This document shows, one piece after another, positions 1 through 10,678 of a stretch of DNA of 64,000 bases. How positions within the stretch are numbered: the stretch's first letter is position 1; each line of letters starts with the position of its first letter. The DNA is from Candidatus Latescibacterota bacterium. Its GTDB lineage: Bacteria > Latescibacterota > UBA2968. The notes beneath the pieces were generated by a model. It had not been told where the DNA came from, ran no database searches, and was given only the letters and a program-made list of their open reading frames with translations. Location: the NCBI GenBank assembly GCA_965116885.1, contig OZ220741.1, positions 4,736,001-4,800,000 of the forward strand, written 5' to 3'. The position numbers and the translations under genes were made by a program.

Positions 1-1183
1 ATCCCCGGATACGCTGTTTGGGCTGTTTGAAATCCTCTCGAAAGGGAAATTCCATCACCCGATTGCCATCTCCATCCATCAGAAACGGCCAGTAAAGATG
101 TGTATCTTCCGGCTCGCTATGGTATGGCACATCCTCTTGTTGCCTCTTTAAAGCCGGGGCATAAATCACCAGATCCAGTCCATCATCCCGCCAGCCCCGC
201 ACAGCATGTCGGGCGTATCCCACACCGGCTTTTTGCCACAGTGCCTGTCCATCGGGCGTATAACACGTCATCCCAATCCACTTTTCATTCAAAATCATCG
301 TCTGTCCATCTATATCACTGCGAAAACGCCCCACCGTCGTATTCTGTGAATGCTCGTGCGGGCGTCTCCAGATCACCTCGCCCTGCGTATTCGCCACAAA
401 AAAATCCCTGCTACCCGAATACGCAATCTCAATCTCCCCATCCCCATTCAGATCCACCGGATTGATATTGTCCGCATGCTCTGCCGTAGCGTTTTCCACA
501 GGAATCGACCACAACAAAGTCCCATCGCTATCCACCAGATTATACCCGATCAACATCTCGTCGCACCCATCGCCATCCACATCGATCAAAATCGGCGCAT
601 GCCCTGCCCCGTGATAATGCGGCGTCATCCACAACTCCGACAAATCGCTATCCAGAACATAAGTCGGATTGCCGTATTCATAAGGCGGATAAGCACCATC
701 ATTGACTTTCACCACCAATTGCTGCCGCGTCGAATCGCCCCTCAAATTCCCTGCCTTCACCTGGGAAAAATTATCTGCCGGCAACTTCTTCTCCGCCAGT
801 ATCTCGCCCGTTTCCCCGTCAAAAACCGTCAGCACATCCCACACAATCGAAACCACCTCCGCCTTCCCATCGCCATCCACATCAGCCGTGATAAAATCAT
901 TGCCCCCATGTGTGCAGTATGGATCTGCCCCCCGATGCGGTTCGCCCACTTGCCACAGTTGGTTGCCCTCCTGATCAATCGCCGTAATGCAGAACAAACG
1001 CCGTTCCTCGTCCGTATTCCATCCCCGCTCAATATAGAGATCCGACTTCAACTGTCCCGGACTCTGCCGCAACAAAAACTCCAGCTTCCCATCCCCATTC
1101 ACATCCGCCACAACCATCTGTCCGCCAACACCTTCCACATCCAGTTCCCACAGCAACCGCGCATCTCCTTGTGCATCACCCAT
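1..1183 (-). CDS. FG-GAP/beta-propeller repeat protein (PL11 rhamnogalacturonan lyase-like), 3' end runs off the window
   Basis: Not in the ORF track. Manual translation from ATG 1183 (AAGGAG RBS) gives MGDAQGDARLLWELDVEGVGGQMVVADVNGDGKLEF..., with repeated DVxGDG motifs; the same frame reads open near base 1. Clear paralog of 42742-44034. Confidence 0.75.
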   Translation of the reverse strand, partial: MGDAQGDARLLWELDVEGVGGQMVVADVNGDGKLEFLLRQSPGQLKSDLYIERGWNTDEERRLFCITAIDQEGNQLWQVGEPHRGADPYCTHGGNDFITADVDGDGKAEVVSIVWDVLTVFDGETGEILAEKKLPADNFSQVKAGNLRGDSTRQQLVVKVNDGAYPPYEYGNPTYVLDSDLSELWMTPHYHGAGHAPILIDVDGDGCDEMLIGYNLVDSDGTLLWSIPVENATAEHADNINPVDLNGDGEIEIAYSGSRDFFVANTQGEVIWRRPHEHSQNTTVGRFRSDIDGQTMILNEKWIGMTCYTPDGQALWQKAGVGYARHAVRGWRDDGLDLVIYAPALKRQQEDVPYHSEPEDTHLYWPFLMDGDGNRVMEFPFREDFKQPKQRIRG

Positions 1184-1244
1184 AGTTGGTCTCCTTGTAT
1201 CTTTGCGTCCCTTGTCTGCGCTCTTATGTGGCTATCTCTTTTGA

Positions 1245-1272
1245 CGGGCGGGCACAGGGGCACCGCCCCTAC
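1245..1272. repeat. GTAG-type REP-like palindrome, copy 1
   Basis: CGGGCGGGCACAGGGGCACCGCCCCTAC, identical to 63403-63430; reverse strand begins GTAGGGGCG. Confidence 0.75.
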
Positions 1273-1298
1273 GTTTGATTTTGATTTTTCATCTGCGT

Positions 1299-2912
1299 TC
1301 ATCTGTAGTTGCTTTTTTCTTCCACAACCACAACGCGATCAACCCCAACATCTTCCAACACCTGCACGCGCCCACTCACCCAGCGCACCTCAATTCGATC
1401 CACGCGACGCGCATTGCCCAGCCCAAAATGAAGCCGCAAATCGCTCGCAGACAAATAGCTCGACTGACTCCGAACCTCGCGCACCTGGATCTTTCCCCCC
1501 GCGCTCACATGCACCACCGCCCCAATCCCATCCCTATTTGAAAACCCATGTTCCTCTCCCTGCATACCTCCCCCTACCAGTTTTACAATGATCCAGTGTC
1601 CCGAGTTCTCAAATTCATTGCGGAACACCCGCGCACGCTGTCCCGAATGCAGTACCACCAGATCCAGATCGCCATCCCCATCCAGATCGCCAATCGCCGA
1701 TCCGCGACTCACCCCTGGTGTTTCAACCCCCGCATTGACCACCTCAAACCGCCCGTCCGCATTGCGAAATATTTGATCCGCCTGTAAATAGGATTCCGCC
1801 CTGGAAAACGCCTTTACATTCGGGAAAATATGTCCATTTGCCACAAATAGATCCAGATCGCCATCGTTGTCATAATCAAAAAAATGAGTACCAAAACCCA
1901 GAGGCAGCAGAGACGCGCCAGCAATCCCGGTTAGCGCGCTGACCTCTGAAAAAAAACCACCCGCCATACTTTGATAAATCGCATTGGTCTCGTAGGAAAA
2001 ATTCGTCACAAAAATATCTGATCGTCCGTCCCCATCTACATCCCCCACATCGACCCCCATCCCCGCCTGCGTCCGACCCTGTGCATTAAACGCCACACCC
2101 GCCTCTACACCCACATTCTCAAACCGCCCCCCCACATTGCGGTACAAAAAATTTGGCGTCGTATCATTCACCACATAGAGATCGGTATCTCCATCCCCGT
2201 CGTAATCCAGACTCACCACCCCAAGTCCTTTGCCCGAAGAATCTGCCACACCCGCCTCAAAGGAAACATCCGTAAATAGTCCATTCCCCTCATTCCGATA
2301 AAGCAAATCCGGCGCACCCTCAAAATAGCCGGGATCACAATACGTGCGAACACCCACCCGCTCGCAATGCGGCTCGGTTTTCACATTATACGTCAAATAG
2401 CGCACCACATACAAATCCAGATCGCCATCCCCATCCGCATCAAAAAAGGTGGCACCAGTAGACCACCCTCCACCCTCCACCCCCGCCTTCTTTTCAGCAA
2501 AACCGCCACGGCCATCGTTCTGATACAGCACATTGGCATCATAACCCGTCGTATAAAGATCCAGATCGCCATCATTGTCATAATCCCCAACCGCACACCC
2601 CATCCCATACCCCACCCCAGGCGCACCCGGCACAGCCGAAAAACGAAACCCGCCATCATTTCTGTACAACGCATTCTCACCACCCGTCTGCCCGTGTTCT
2701 CCATTGACAAAATACAAATCCAGATCGCCATCCCCATCCGCATCAAACACCACACAGCCCGACCCCATGGTCTCCAAATAATGCCAATTTCCCTGCGCGC
2801 CAGTCCGATGCACAAACGATATACCAGACGCTTCTGCGACCTCTACAAATTGCTCTGCGGCAACAGAACCCGAACATAAAAGCAAAAAAAGAATGCCAAT
2901 GACTCTAATCAT
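1299..2912 (-). CDS. CRTAC1-family protein (FG-GAP repeats plus C-terminal ASPIC/UnbV domain), secreted
   Basis: Repeated DxDGDGDLDLY; C-terminal NRDGIGA...SYLSASDLRLHFGLG...IEVRW; signal peptide. Start is 2912 or 2924. Confidence 0.9.
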   Translation of the reverse strand: MIRVIGILFLLLCSGSVAAEQFVEVAEASGISFVHRTGAQGNWHYLETMGSGCVVFDADGDGDLDLYFVNGEHGQTGGENALYRNDGGFRFSAVPGAPGVGYGMGCAVGDYDNDGDLDLYTTGYDANVLYQNDGRGGFAEKKAGVEGGGWSTGATFFDADGDGDLDLYVVRYLTYNVKTEPHCERVGVRTYCDPGYFEGAPDLLYRNEGNGLFTDVSFEAGVADSSGKGLGVVSLDYDGDGDTDLYVVNDTTPNFLYRNVGGRFENVGVEAGVAFNAQGRTQAGMGVDVGDVDGDGRSDIFVTNFSYETNAIYQSMAGGFFSEVSALTGIAGASLLPLGFGTHFFDYDNDGDLDLFVANGHIFPNVKAFSRAESYLQADQIFRNADGRFEVVNAGVETPGVSRGSAIGDLDGDGDLDLVVLHSGQRARVFRNEFENSGHWIIVKLVGGGMQGEEHGFSNRDGIGAVVHVSAGGKIQVREVRSQSSYLSASDLRLHFGLGNARRVDRIEVRWVSGRVQVLEDVGVDRVVVVEEKSNYR

Positions 2913-3048
2913 TAATACCCCCATCCAATTGCGAAAGTATAGCTACACTCATCTGCGTTTATCTGCGAAAACGCTCAAATGAACTGGCCTGGGGATGGTG
3001 TACAACGAGCCGCTTTTCAGGCTCGTTCACCGGCCAGTTGTACACCGC

Positions 3049-4533
3049 TCATTCGCGTTTTTTTTCTGCGGATGCTTTAGCCTTCATCGCCTCGGCCTCT
3101 GCTTTCCGTCCCACCCGACCATAGAGAACCGACAACTGGAGATACAATTCGCGCGGATCTTCCGCCCCCTCAATCACTTGATCGTACAACGCCCTTGCCG
3201 AGTCCATATCTCCCACCACCGCATGTGCCACACCCAATCGCACCAACAATCCCGCAGAATACGCAACCTGATCTGCCCTGGTCTGATATGTCGAAATACA
3301 CTTATTCAAATGTCCCGTCTTCGCCTGTGCCTGGCTAATCTGATCGTAAATATAGAACGCGGCATAAGCAATTGGATCCATAGCCACAATCCGCTCATAT
3401 CCCTCCACCACATCGCGCGACAACCCATCGGCACACAAAAACATATCTGCCCTGTGTCTCAATGCCTCGTCAGATACCATGCCCCCTTCACCCAGCGCAA
3501 AAGCCGCATCATAAGACCGCCGCGCCCGCTCTACATCTCCCAATGCCTGATAGGACTGTCCCAGAGCCAGATACACCACGGGGACCTCCGGACTAAACCG
3601 CCACGGCAAATCCGGATCTTCTACCAGAGCGACCGCTTTTCTATAAACCTCTATAGCCTTATCGTGATGCCCCAATCTCACAAACCTGTCTCCAAAATCC
3701 AGCAAATCAGCTACCTTATCAAATCGCACAGGCAACACATACTGATCTCGAACCGCGTGCCGGTGGCGCTCGTCAAAAAACTTAAACGCCTCCCACGCAT
3801 GTCGCGCCGATAGTGAATCGCCCGATACCTGATAAGCCTGTGCCAATCCATAATGACCTTTGGGATCTTCAAAATCGATTTTTGTCGCCCGTTTGTACGC
3901 AGATATAGCAGACGCATACTTGCCGTGCATCATCATGAGTTGTCCAATTTCTAAATGCGCCTCTTTGCGATCCGAAAACATGTGGACAGCCTTTTGAAAT
4001 GCCTCCAGCGCCTCGTCGTGACGCGCTTGCCTGACCAGCGCAAGACCATATCCGTAAACCGCCAGATCATCCGTCGGGTCTCGCTCTAAAACAGCCTGAA
4101 ACGCCGATTCCGCATCGGAATACGCCCCCGCCAATTCAGCCACAAAACCCAGATTTCGGTAAAACATTGTCTCATCGGGTCTTAGCGCGACCGCCTGCCT
4201 GAATGCCTCAATCGCCGGGCTGTAGTTCCGCTGAAAAAAATACACCACCCCGAGATCGTTATACGCTCCCGCATCCTCTTTAAGATGAATGGCCCGCCGC
4301 AAATTCTCCCCGACCTCTTGCAAATCGCCCTGCCGCGTCACAATCTGAAGCCATCCCAAAAATCGGTACGCATCCGCCGCTGTCGAATCGGCTGCTATCA
4401 CATCCTCGCACCGCACCATTGCCCCGTAATAATTGCCCTTGATAATATCGACCAGCACCGAGTCCATCTGTGATGGCTCAACATTTGAGACAAATAGCAT
4501 CCACGCCATTATCCCATAACCAAATCTTTTCAA
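3049..4533 (-). CDS. Tetratricopeptide repeat protein
   Basis: Many TPR units (AYNDLGVVYF, FYRNLGFV, YLALGQSY); TTG start with GGAGGAG RBS. Confidence 0.88.
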   Translation of the reverse strand: MKRFGYGIMAWMLFVSNVEPSQMDSVLVDIIKGNYYGAMVRCEDVIAADSTAADAYRFLGWLQIVTRQGDLQEVGENLRRAIHLKEDAGAYNDLGVVYFFQRNYSPAIEAFRQAVALRPDETMFYRNLGFVAELAGAYSDAESAFQAVLERDPTDDLAVYGYGLALVRQARHDEALEAFQKAVHMFSDRKEAHLEIGQLMMMHGKYASAISAYKRATKIDFEDPKGHYGLAQAYQVSGDSLSARHAWEAFKFFDERHRHAVRDQYVLPVRFDKVADLLDFGDRFVRLGHHDKAIEVYRKAVALVEDPDLPWRFSPEVPVVYLALGQSYQALGDVERARRSYDAAFALGEGGMVSDEALRHRADMFLCADGLSRDVVEGYERIVAMDPIAYAAFYIYDQISQAQAKTGHLNKCISTYQTRADQVAYSAGLLVRLGVAHAVVGDMDSARALYDQVIEGAEDPRELYLQLSVLYGRVGRKAEAEAMKAKASAEKKRE

Positions 4534-4545
4534 AATCGCTCCTCC

Positions 4546-6501
4546 TCAATACAAATGAATCCAATGCCCTCGTCCCATAAACCACAACACATCCACAGCA
4601 AACGACACACCAACCCCCAGCGAATATCCCGAAAGCAATCCCGTAAACAACGGGCGATACCGCCGATAAAGCGTCACACCGCCAATTTTCACAATTAAAA
4701 ACTTACACGCCCAGGCAATAAAAATGGACCACGTCGCTTTCGTAGCGCGACCGCTTCCCCCCACTGCAAACCCAATCGGATGCAACGGCCACCAGGGCAA
4801 GCGGTAGCGCAACACCGTCAACACCGTCATGCCCACCACACCAACCCCGAAAAATATGAGACGAGACGACGCAGGTCCCTGAGGACTTTGCATCATGCTC
4901 ACAGCCCGCGCAAACACACTATCGCGGCCATAGCGAAATGGAAACCCCCCAAAATTGTACGCGCCCTGTTCATAGCCCCATCCCAAGCTCAAATAAATAC
5001 ACAGGGGAATACCCACCAGCAGTGCCAACCCCATGCTCTTTCCCAGCCGCCTCTGATCGGTACCGGCCAGATCACCCATCTTTGCACTATTGGCCAGAGA
5101 CGACATAAACATGCCCTTGCCGTGGAAAAATAGCCCCTCTGTAAATGCCAGCGTCGTAATCGTACCCCCCGCCATAGACACCGACCCCAAACAATTGGTC
5201 ACCAATGTCTGCGGACTCACTCCCCATGCCAGATAGAGCAAACCACTCTCACACACCACCTTTGCCAGCCCCAAACACACCCCGTAGAGCGCGAGCAAAA
5301 ACAAAACCCCGATGTACCACTCAATCCCGGCCATACACAGCCACAACAAACAAAATCCCGACCCCAGAACCACCCCCAATACAGCTGTGCGGTAAGACAC
5401 CATTTCCCCCGAATCATCCACCCCGTACTTAGTATTGATCGCTTTTCTCACCACATCCCGCAGATGATGCCTCGCTGTCCACAATGCCCACCAGACCAGC
5501 GCGAACAACGCCCCCAGATTTTCCCATGCACTCGCCGCACCCGTTCCCGGTCCCAAATCCAGACCAATGCGGTTGAAAATCCCGTTCTGCGCCCAGTAAA
5601 CCAGATAAAAAAACCAGAGACTAAACAACACATCCAGATTGGCAAAATAGCCAAAGCCAATAATGTACAAATTGACCCGGTTGGTCATCGCGGGGAACCC
5701 GTCGATAAATACCAGATCTTTGCGCCCAAAAAAGTTGATACGGGGCCAGGCATCCCAGAAATACCACACAAAATTCCATGCCAAAAGGCCAAAACCCAAA
5801 ACAAATCCGAACCAGAACAGCTTGTTCTGCATCAGACCAGACAGTATTCCCCCCACGCCGTCATCTTCAATCAGATCGGACACCGGTGAAATCAGGGGAT
5901 AAACCAGACGCTCGTTTTCCACCCATTGCTTTCTCAGCATCACCGCCATACACAGCAGCACAAAAGTCAGCACCCCGATCAAACACATCCACCAGAATAA
6001 CGGCATAATCCAGACCGACCACGGTACTGAGTCTGAAGGTAGCCCCTCAAAAAACCCCTGCATGGCACCGCGCTCATTCAAAGGCGCCAACCACGAGGGA
6101 ATAGTCGGATGCAACAGAGCTTCCCATTGATTCTCTGGCGAGGCAAAATAATAAGGCGCAGCCAGCACTCCCAGGAAAAATCCCAAAAGACCGCTACCGG
6201 GAATATGTGCCCCAATCAATCCCATCGCAGCAACAGTCAAAAGCTCTGAACGCGAGAGCATATACCCCGGATAAATCCATTTCAAAAGCGGGTTCAAACC
6301 CAAAACCACAACCACAAACCACATGAAAAATCCCACGGGAAAGTGGCTCACGTTCATAGACGATGACCGCGCCACCGGCTCGGAAAATGTAATCACCGCG
6401 ATCTCTGCACAGACCAGCGCCAGGCCCAGCAATACAGCGCGGGCGGTCACGCCCCGACCAGCTGACTGAATCGCAACAGATGTATCAAAAGCCAGACTCA
6501 T
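4546..6501 (-). CDS. DUF6785/DUF6784-like polytopic membrane protein (putative peptide transporter)
   Basis: About 15 hydrophobic segments; YYFASPEN, LRKQWVENERLVYP, WWPLHPIG motifs; paralog of 26922-28883. Confidence 0.8.
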   Translation of the reverse strand: MSLAFDTSVAIQSAGRGVTARAVLLGLALVCAEIAVITFSEPVARSSSMNVSHFPVGFFMWFVVVVLGLNPLLKWIYPGYMLSRSELLTVAAMGLIGAHIPGSGLLGFFLGVLAAPYYFASPENQWEALLHPTIPSWLAPLNERGAMQGFFEGLPSDSVPWSVWIMPLFWWMCLIGVLTFVLLCMAVMLRKQWVENERLVYPLISPVSDLIEDDGVGGILSGLMQNKLFWFGFVLGFGLLAWNFVWYFWDAWPRINFFGRKDLVFIDGFPAMTNRVNLYIIGFGYFANLDVLFSLWFFYLVYWAQNGIFNRIGLDLGPGTGAASAWENLGALFALVWWALWTARHHLRDVVRKAINTKYGVDDSGEMVSYRTAVLGVVLGSGFCLLWLCMAGIEWYIGVLFLLALYGVCLGLAKVVCESGLLYLAWGVSPQTLVTNCLGSVSMAGGTITTLAFTEGLFFHGKGMFMSSLANSAKMGDLAGTDQRRLGKSMGLALLVGIPLCIYLSLGWGYEQGAYNFGGFPFRYGRDSVFARAVSMMQSPQGPASSRLIFFGVGVVGMTVLTVLRYRLPWWPLHPIGFAVGGSGRATKATWSIFIAWACKFLIVKIGGVTLYRRYRPLFTGLLSGYSLGVGVSFAVDVLWFMGRGHWIHLY

Positions 6502-7409
6502 TACTCTTTCTCCAGCTTATCTAACTTTCTACTAAAAACCAATTCAATCTCTGCTTTGATATCATCGATAGGCTTTGGATCGCCTGCCATACGCACCTGC
6601 GGCAATCCCAGACCGATCTTCATATTGTGGGAAAGCACAAGCCCGCGGTCGATATCGATCTCCCACTCCGCATTCCCCGATCCCTTGCCATCAATCACCA
6701 GCGACAACACCTCAATGTGAAACCAAATTCGGTAATGTACCTCGCGCTCCTCCTCAATCTCCACCACCCGGTATCCCTTTTGCTCTTTGACCTTCTTCAG
6801 CTTATACGCACTGGTAAACTGCACAAGTGAAGGCTCTAACCCGGCATCGAAATCGTAAAACGGTACCTCGATGCGCTGCTCACCCTCCCATGTATCTCCG
6901 ACCGATACCGGCTGATCGGGCAGCACGGGCGCGAGACCGGGCATCCAGACCTGCCGCAAATCCGTAATCATATCCTTGCGCTTGGCCTTGAAAGCCGAAA
7001 AATCGGGACCAAACGTACCCACCTGTCCCCCGGGCGCAATCCCCCAGGCAAACGAAAGGTCGTTCAACAAATCCAGAGTATAGGGAAATTGCTCATAGGT
7101 CAACCGCTCACCAGTCAATATGGCCTGGCTCCCGGCCTTATCTACTCTGGCAGTCACTTTCACGCTATCGTCCTCTTCAACCACCATTTCTCGACTCCGC
7201 CATTCCCCATACCCCTGCATAGTAAATGAGCCTTCTCTCAAAATCATCTCGGCCTTATCGCTAAAATAATCCAGGCGATACTTATTTTTGTAGCGCGCGA
7301 TTCGCCCTTCGGGATACTGCAACTTCAACATCACCTGATCCGCAGCACAAACCTCTCCTCCCATCACCAGAATCCCTATCGCACATAGAATCCATCTCAA
7401 GACCTTCAT
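6501..7409 (-). CDS. Secreted hypothetical protein, beta-rich
   Basis: ATG 7409 with AAGGAGG RBS, signal peptide MKVLRWILCAIGILVMGGEVCA; stop overlaps the next start. Confidence 0.7.
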   Translation of the reverse strand: MKVLRWILCAIGILVMGGEVCAADQVMLKLQYPEGRIARYKNKYRLDYFSDKAEMILREGSFTMQGYGEWRSREMVVEEDDSVKVTARVDKAGSQAILTGERLTYEQFPYTLDLLNDLSFAWGIAPGGQVGTFGPDFSAFKAKRKDMITDLRQVWMPGLAPVLPDQPVSVGDTWEGEQRIEVPFYDFDAGLEPSLVQFTSAYKLKKVKEQKGYRVVEIEEEREVHYRIWFHIEVLSLVIDGKGSGNAEWEIDIDRGLVLSHNMKIGLGLPQVRMAGDPKPIDDIKAEIELVFSRKLDKLEKE

Positions 7410-7434
7410 AGCATCCTCCTTCCCAATGCCTTCT

Positions 7435-9645
7435 CTATCCACCTGGCCTCTTTCTTCTTTCCCGGATCAACACTTCCAATTCGCGCACAGCATTCGCATC
7501 TCTCGCAATTTGCCGGTATCTATCCAACGCCGCCTCAGCCTCCACCTCCCGCCCAGCCTCTGCACAGACCAGTGCCAGATTGTGGTAAGGTACAGCGTAA
7601 TTGGGATCGGACTCAATGGCTTTTCGATACCAGTAGATTGCCACATCCAGAGAATCCCGAAGCGTATATGTATCCCCCAGGTCGGTATAATCCCGGGCTG
7701 TGCCGGGTCGCGTTCTAAACCCCTTCCGAATATCAGCCTCCCACAACTCGCAAGCGTGATGCAGAGGTGCAACCAGAGTCGAATCCCTTGCCGCTGCTTC
7801 CCGCCACATTTTTACCGCCTCCGAGAAATGCCTGTTCCTGACAAACACAGTACCAAGCCCCGCATAAGCATCTGCCATTCCGGGCCAGACCTTCAGTGCT
7901 TGTCGAAATGCAATCTCCCCGGTCTGATCATCACCCTGTTGTAATGCCTCAATGCCCACCTGCACCTGTGCCTCTGGATCATCGGCAAGAAGATCTGTCA
8001 CTATTGTCCGATATTCTGTCAGAGCTTCCGATAGCTTATTACCCCTATCGCCCGATAGATTCACACCCTCCAGCATCGAAGCCGCCCGTATGCGCACCAA
8101 TCGCGAAGAATCATCCAACCGCTCAATCACCGCCTCAATACCCGCATCGCTCCCATGCCCCATCAATCCCTCTATCGCCCGGGTGCGTACCATTGGATGT
8201 GGATCGCCCAGAGCATCTATCAAAGCCTTTTCAGCCCTCTCATCAGCCTGTCTGCCCAGCAACACGGCTGCCGAAGCCCGCAACACCATACTCTGGTCTT
8301 TCAAAAGCGCGATCAAACCATCCAGAGCCTTTGGATCTCCCACCCGTCCCAGAACAATTGCTTCGGCCTGAGCCACTTCATCTGCCTGTGAACCCCACCA
8401 CGTTTTTACCCAACTCGCCGCCCAGTTGGGCGTTTGATCGCTATGGCATTCGGTACACGCATTTGGAATACCAAACCGAACCGTATTTTCCGGTACCGGC
8501 GACAGGATGCGGTGGTCGTATATCCCAATGCGCTTCACCTCTTCTACAGGTGGCATATGGCAATCCACGCACCCCACCGTCTCGTGATTGCTATGCTGCT
8601 CTCCCACATCCATCCTGTGGCAGTTCAAGCACACCCGGTCATAGGTTGCAGCGCGCGTCTCGCCTTCCGCTCTCACAGGACCCAGGTGGTGAGAATCGTG
8701 GCAACCAGCGCACGTCAGATGCCCCGCCGTATAACACGAACTCATCAAAAAAGCCAGCGTGTTGTAGTTCAATTCACGGTAGCGTCCATCTGCCCAGAAC
8801 TTTTCGCTATCCAGCACTTCCAATTCGTAAAAGTCGTAAAACGGATCGCCCGGCTGATATCCCTCCCCAATGATCCGCTTGTGTGCGTGACACTGCGCGC
8901 AGACCTCCACTGACTGCTCCGAACTCAAAAATCGCAAATTTACCAGTGTCGTATCCCGCGCGGGCACCTGGTCTGGCAGCGCTTTCCAGAATGCCACATG
9001 TTGGCCTCCAGACCCATGACATGTTTCGCAATTAATACTCAAATCTGTCCAGCGCGTCGCGTAAGCACCTGTCTCTGGATCGTAATTTTTCTCAATCTGA
9101 CTCGCGTGACAGTCATGACACTGAAAATTCCAGTTCCGCCCAAAATTCGTCCAATAATTGACATCGCCCGGCGCAAATCCCTGCGGATGGTCGAACAGCC
9201 CCTCCACCGGATCGAACCACGTCTGTTCCCGAACATCCCAATAGGCCGGCAGTACCTGAATACGTCCACCTTCGAGCGTAGTTAAGTACCACTGTGTATC
9301 CCGATCTCCGATCGCATAGTCAATGGGATAGACCCCCCGTTTTCCATCCGCACCATCCGTTTCCATAAAATAGGTCCCATCCCGCACAAACATTCGAGAC
9401 GTCATCCCCCTATACGTATATGTATTGTTCTGTGTAAAATCTCCCCGCACAGTCTCGACCGAAGGCACCTGCATGGACCGCCGATGCAACGACCCCTGCC
9501 ATTCTTTATAAGCCTCCTGATGACACGTTGCACACGCCTCTGCGCCCGTATATATCGCTTTGGAAGTCACGGGTTGTGGTGCATCCTTCGCACACCCACA
9601 TACCATTACTACAAAGAGAAAAGTCCCCGGGATCACTGCGCGCAT
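7435..9645 (-). CDS. Multiheme (8 x CxxCH) c-type cytochrome with HEAT and TPR repeats, probable lipoprotein
   Basis: CATCH, CHDCH, CETCH, CAQCH, CAGCH, CLNCH, CVDCH, CTECH; HEAT (LRASAAVLLG, VRTRAIEGL); C-terminal TPRs; VCGC lipobox-like. Confidence 0.9.
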   Translation of the reverse strand: MRAVIPGTFLFVVMVCGCAKDAPQPVTSKAIYTGAEACATCHQEAYKEWQGSLHRRSMQVPSVETVRGDFTQNNTYTYRGMTSRMFVRDGTYFMETDGADGKRGVYPIDYAIGDRDTQWYLTTLEGGRIQVLPAYWDVREQTWFDPVEGLFDHPQGFAPGDVNYWTNFGRNWNFQCHDCHASQIEKNYDPETGAYATRWTDLSINCETCHGSGGQHVAFWKALPDQVPARDTTLVNLRFLSSEQSVEVCAQCHAHKRIIGEGYQPGDPFYDFYELEVLDSEKFWADGRYRELNYNTLAFLMSSCYTAGHLTCAGCHDSHHLGPVRAEGETRAATYDRVCLNCHRMDVGEQHSNHETVGCVDCHMPPVEEVKRIGIYDHRILSPVPENTVRFGIPNACTECHSDQTPNWAASWVKTWWGSQADEVAQAEAIVLGRVGDPKALDGLIALLKDQSMVLRASAAVLLGRQADERAEKALIDALGDPHPMVRTRAIEGLMGHGSDAGIEAVIERLDDSSRLVRIRAASMLEGVNLSGDRGNKLSEALTEYRTIVTDLLADDPEAQVQVGIEALQQGDDQTGEIAFRQALKVWPGMADAYAGLGTVFVRNRHFSEAVKMWREAAARDSTLVAPLHHACELWEADIRKGFRTRPGTARDYTDLGDTYTLRDSLDVAIYWYRKAIESDPNYAVPYHNLALVCAEAGREVEAEAALDRYRQIARDANAVRELEVLIRERRKRPGG

Positions 9646-9660
9646 CGATCTTCCTCTATT

Positions 9661-10548
9661 CTAAATGGCTTCCCAAAAAGTCTCAGGCCATTTCGGCTCG
9701 TAATCGCTCTCGAACAGCCAGTCGAAGTCCTCGGGCACAATATGCGCGCGCTCGGGACGCAACTTCTCGCGCAGCCGCGGGAAAAACGACATCACGCCAT
9801 CGCGCTGATTCTTCGGCAACCCGCAGGACACGCCAGTAGCGACCCATGCTGTTAGCATCGCCTTGCGGGGCACCGTATCCTCGTTCTGCCATGCAGAGTG
9901 CAATCCCCCGCTGCACAGAATCAGCATCTGACCCCGACGCGCAACAGCCGGAACCGGCTCCTGTTCCAGCCACGGCGTATCAACCAGCTCGGGCACATGC
10001 TCGGGATAAGCCGGCGCAGTATCCGACGGCTCTGGACGCAACCCGTGGACGCGGGGCAACATCGCCTTGTGCTCTGGCGTCAAAACCCGGCTCCAGTGTT
10101 CCATAATCGGGCGATGACTACCCGGCAAAATGCGCATAGCTCCCCGATGCTCCGGCACGTCATTGACCCAGAACCACAACTCAGCGCGCATCCGGCGCGG
10201 CGTCGCCTGAAAATCCTCCCAGGTCGCCTGGATATCGACATGGCAGCCATTCCCCCATTGCTCGCGAACGCTCGCAAAAGGTGCACTACTCGGCGCTCGC
10301 TCATGGGGTGACAATCCCCACCACAGATGTACGGACTCGGCTCGCAACACCTTTTTGGCGACCTCCTCAAAATAGGGATGCTGGACAACATCGACATAAT
10401 CCGGATCTTCATAAGGCGGACGTCCGCTCGCCTTCAACCTATCCCATGCCGCTTCCGCGCGATCCAGTTCCTCAGTCGTGAAGGGACTGGCGATCGTAAC
10501 GGCTCCCTCCTCATCGTATTGCCTCATTTGTGCATCGGTAAACAGCAT
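9661..10548 (-). CDS. Phytanoyl-CoA dioxygenase (PhyH) family Fe(II)/2OG oxygenase
   Basis: Start MLFTDAQMRQYDEEG after AAGGGAGG; HVD motif, ILPGSH, distal LHSA. Confidence 0.85.
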   Translation of the reverse strand: MLFTDAQMRQYDEEGAVTIASPFTTEELDRAEAAWDRLKASGRPPYEDPDYVDVVQHPYFEEVAKKVLRAESVHLWWGLSPHERAPSSAPFASVREQWGNGCHVDIQATWEDFQATPRRMRAELWFWVNDVPEHRGAMRILPGSHRPIMEHWSRVLTPEHKAMLPRVHGLRPEPSDTAPAYPEHVPELVDTPWLEQEPVPAVARRGQMLILCSGGLHSAWQNEDTVPRKAMLTAWVATGVSCGLPKNQRDGVMSFFPRLREKLRPERAHIVPEDFDWLFESDYEPKWPETFWEAI

Positions 10549-10678
10549 AGATCCTCCCTTAGTGTTTCGAATCAAACTTCTTACCACGCCGTTGGAGTGG
10601 CATCCCTGCCGCGATAATCCCATAAAGAAATCATTCGAATCAGACGATCCTTGTCTGAATAAGCTTGTTTTCTTTTTT

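Noticed and set aside
350..1591. 413-aa + strand ORF
   Set aside because: Antisense shadow of two - strand genes that have clear motifs and RBSs; the I/H/R/P-rich composition is typical of shadow frames.
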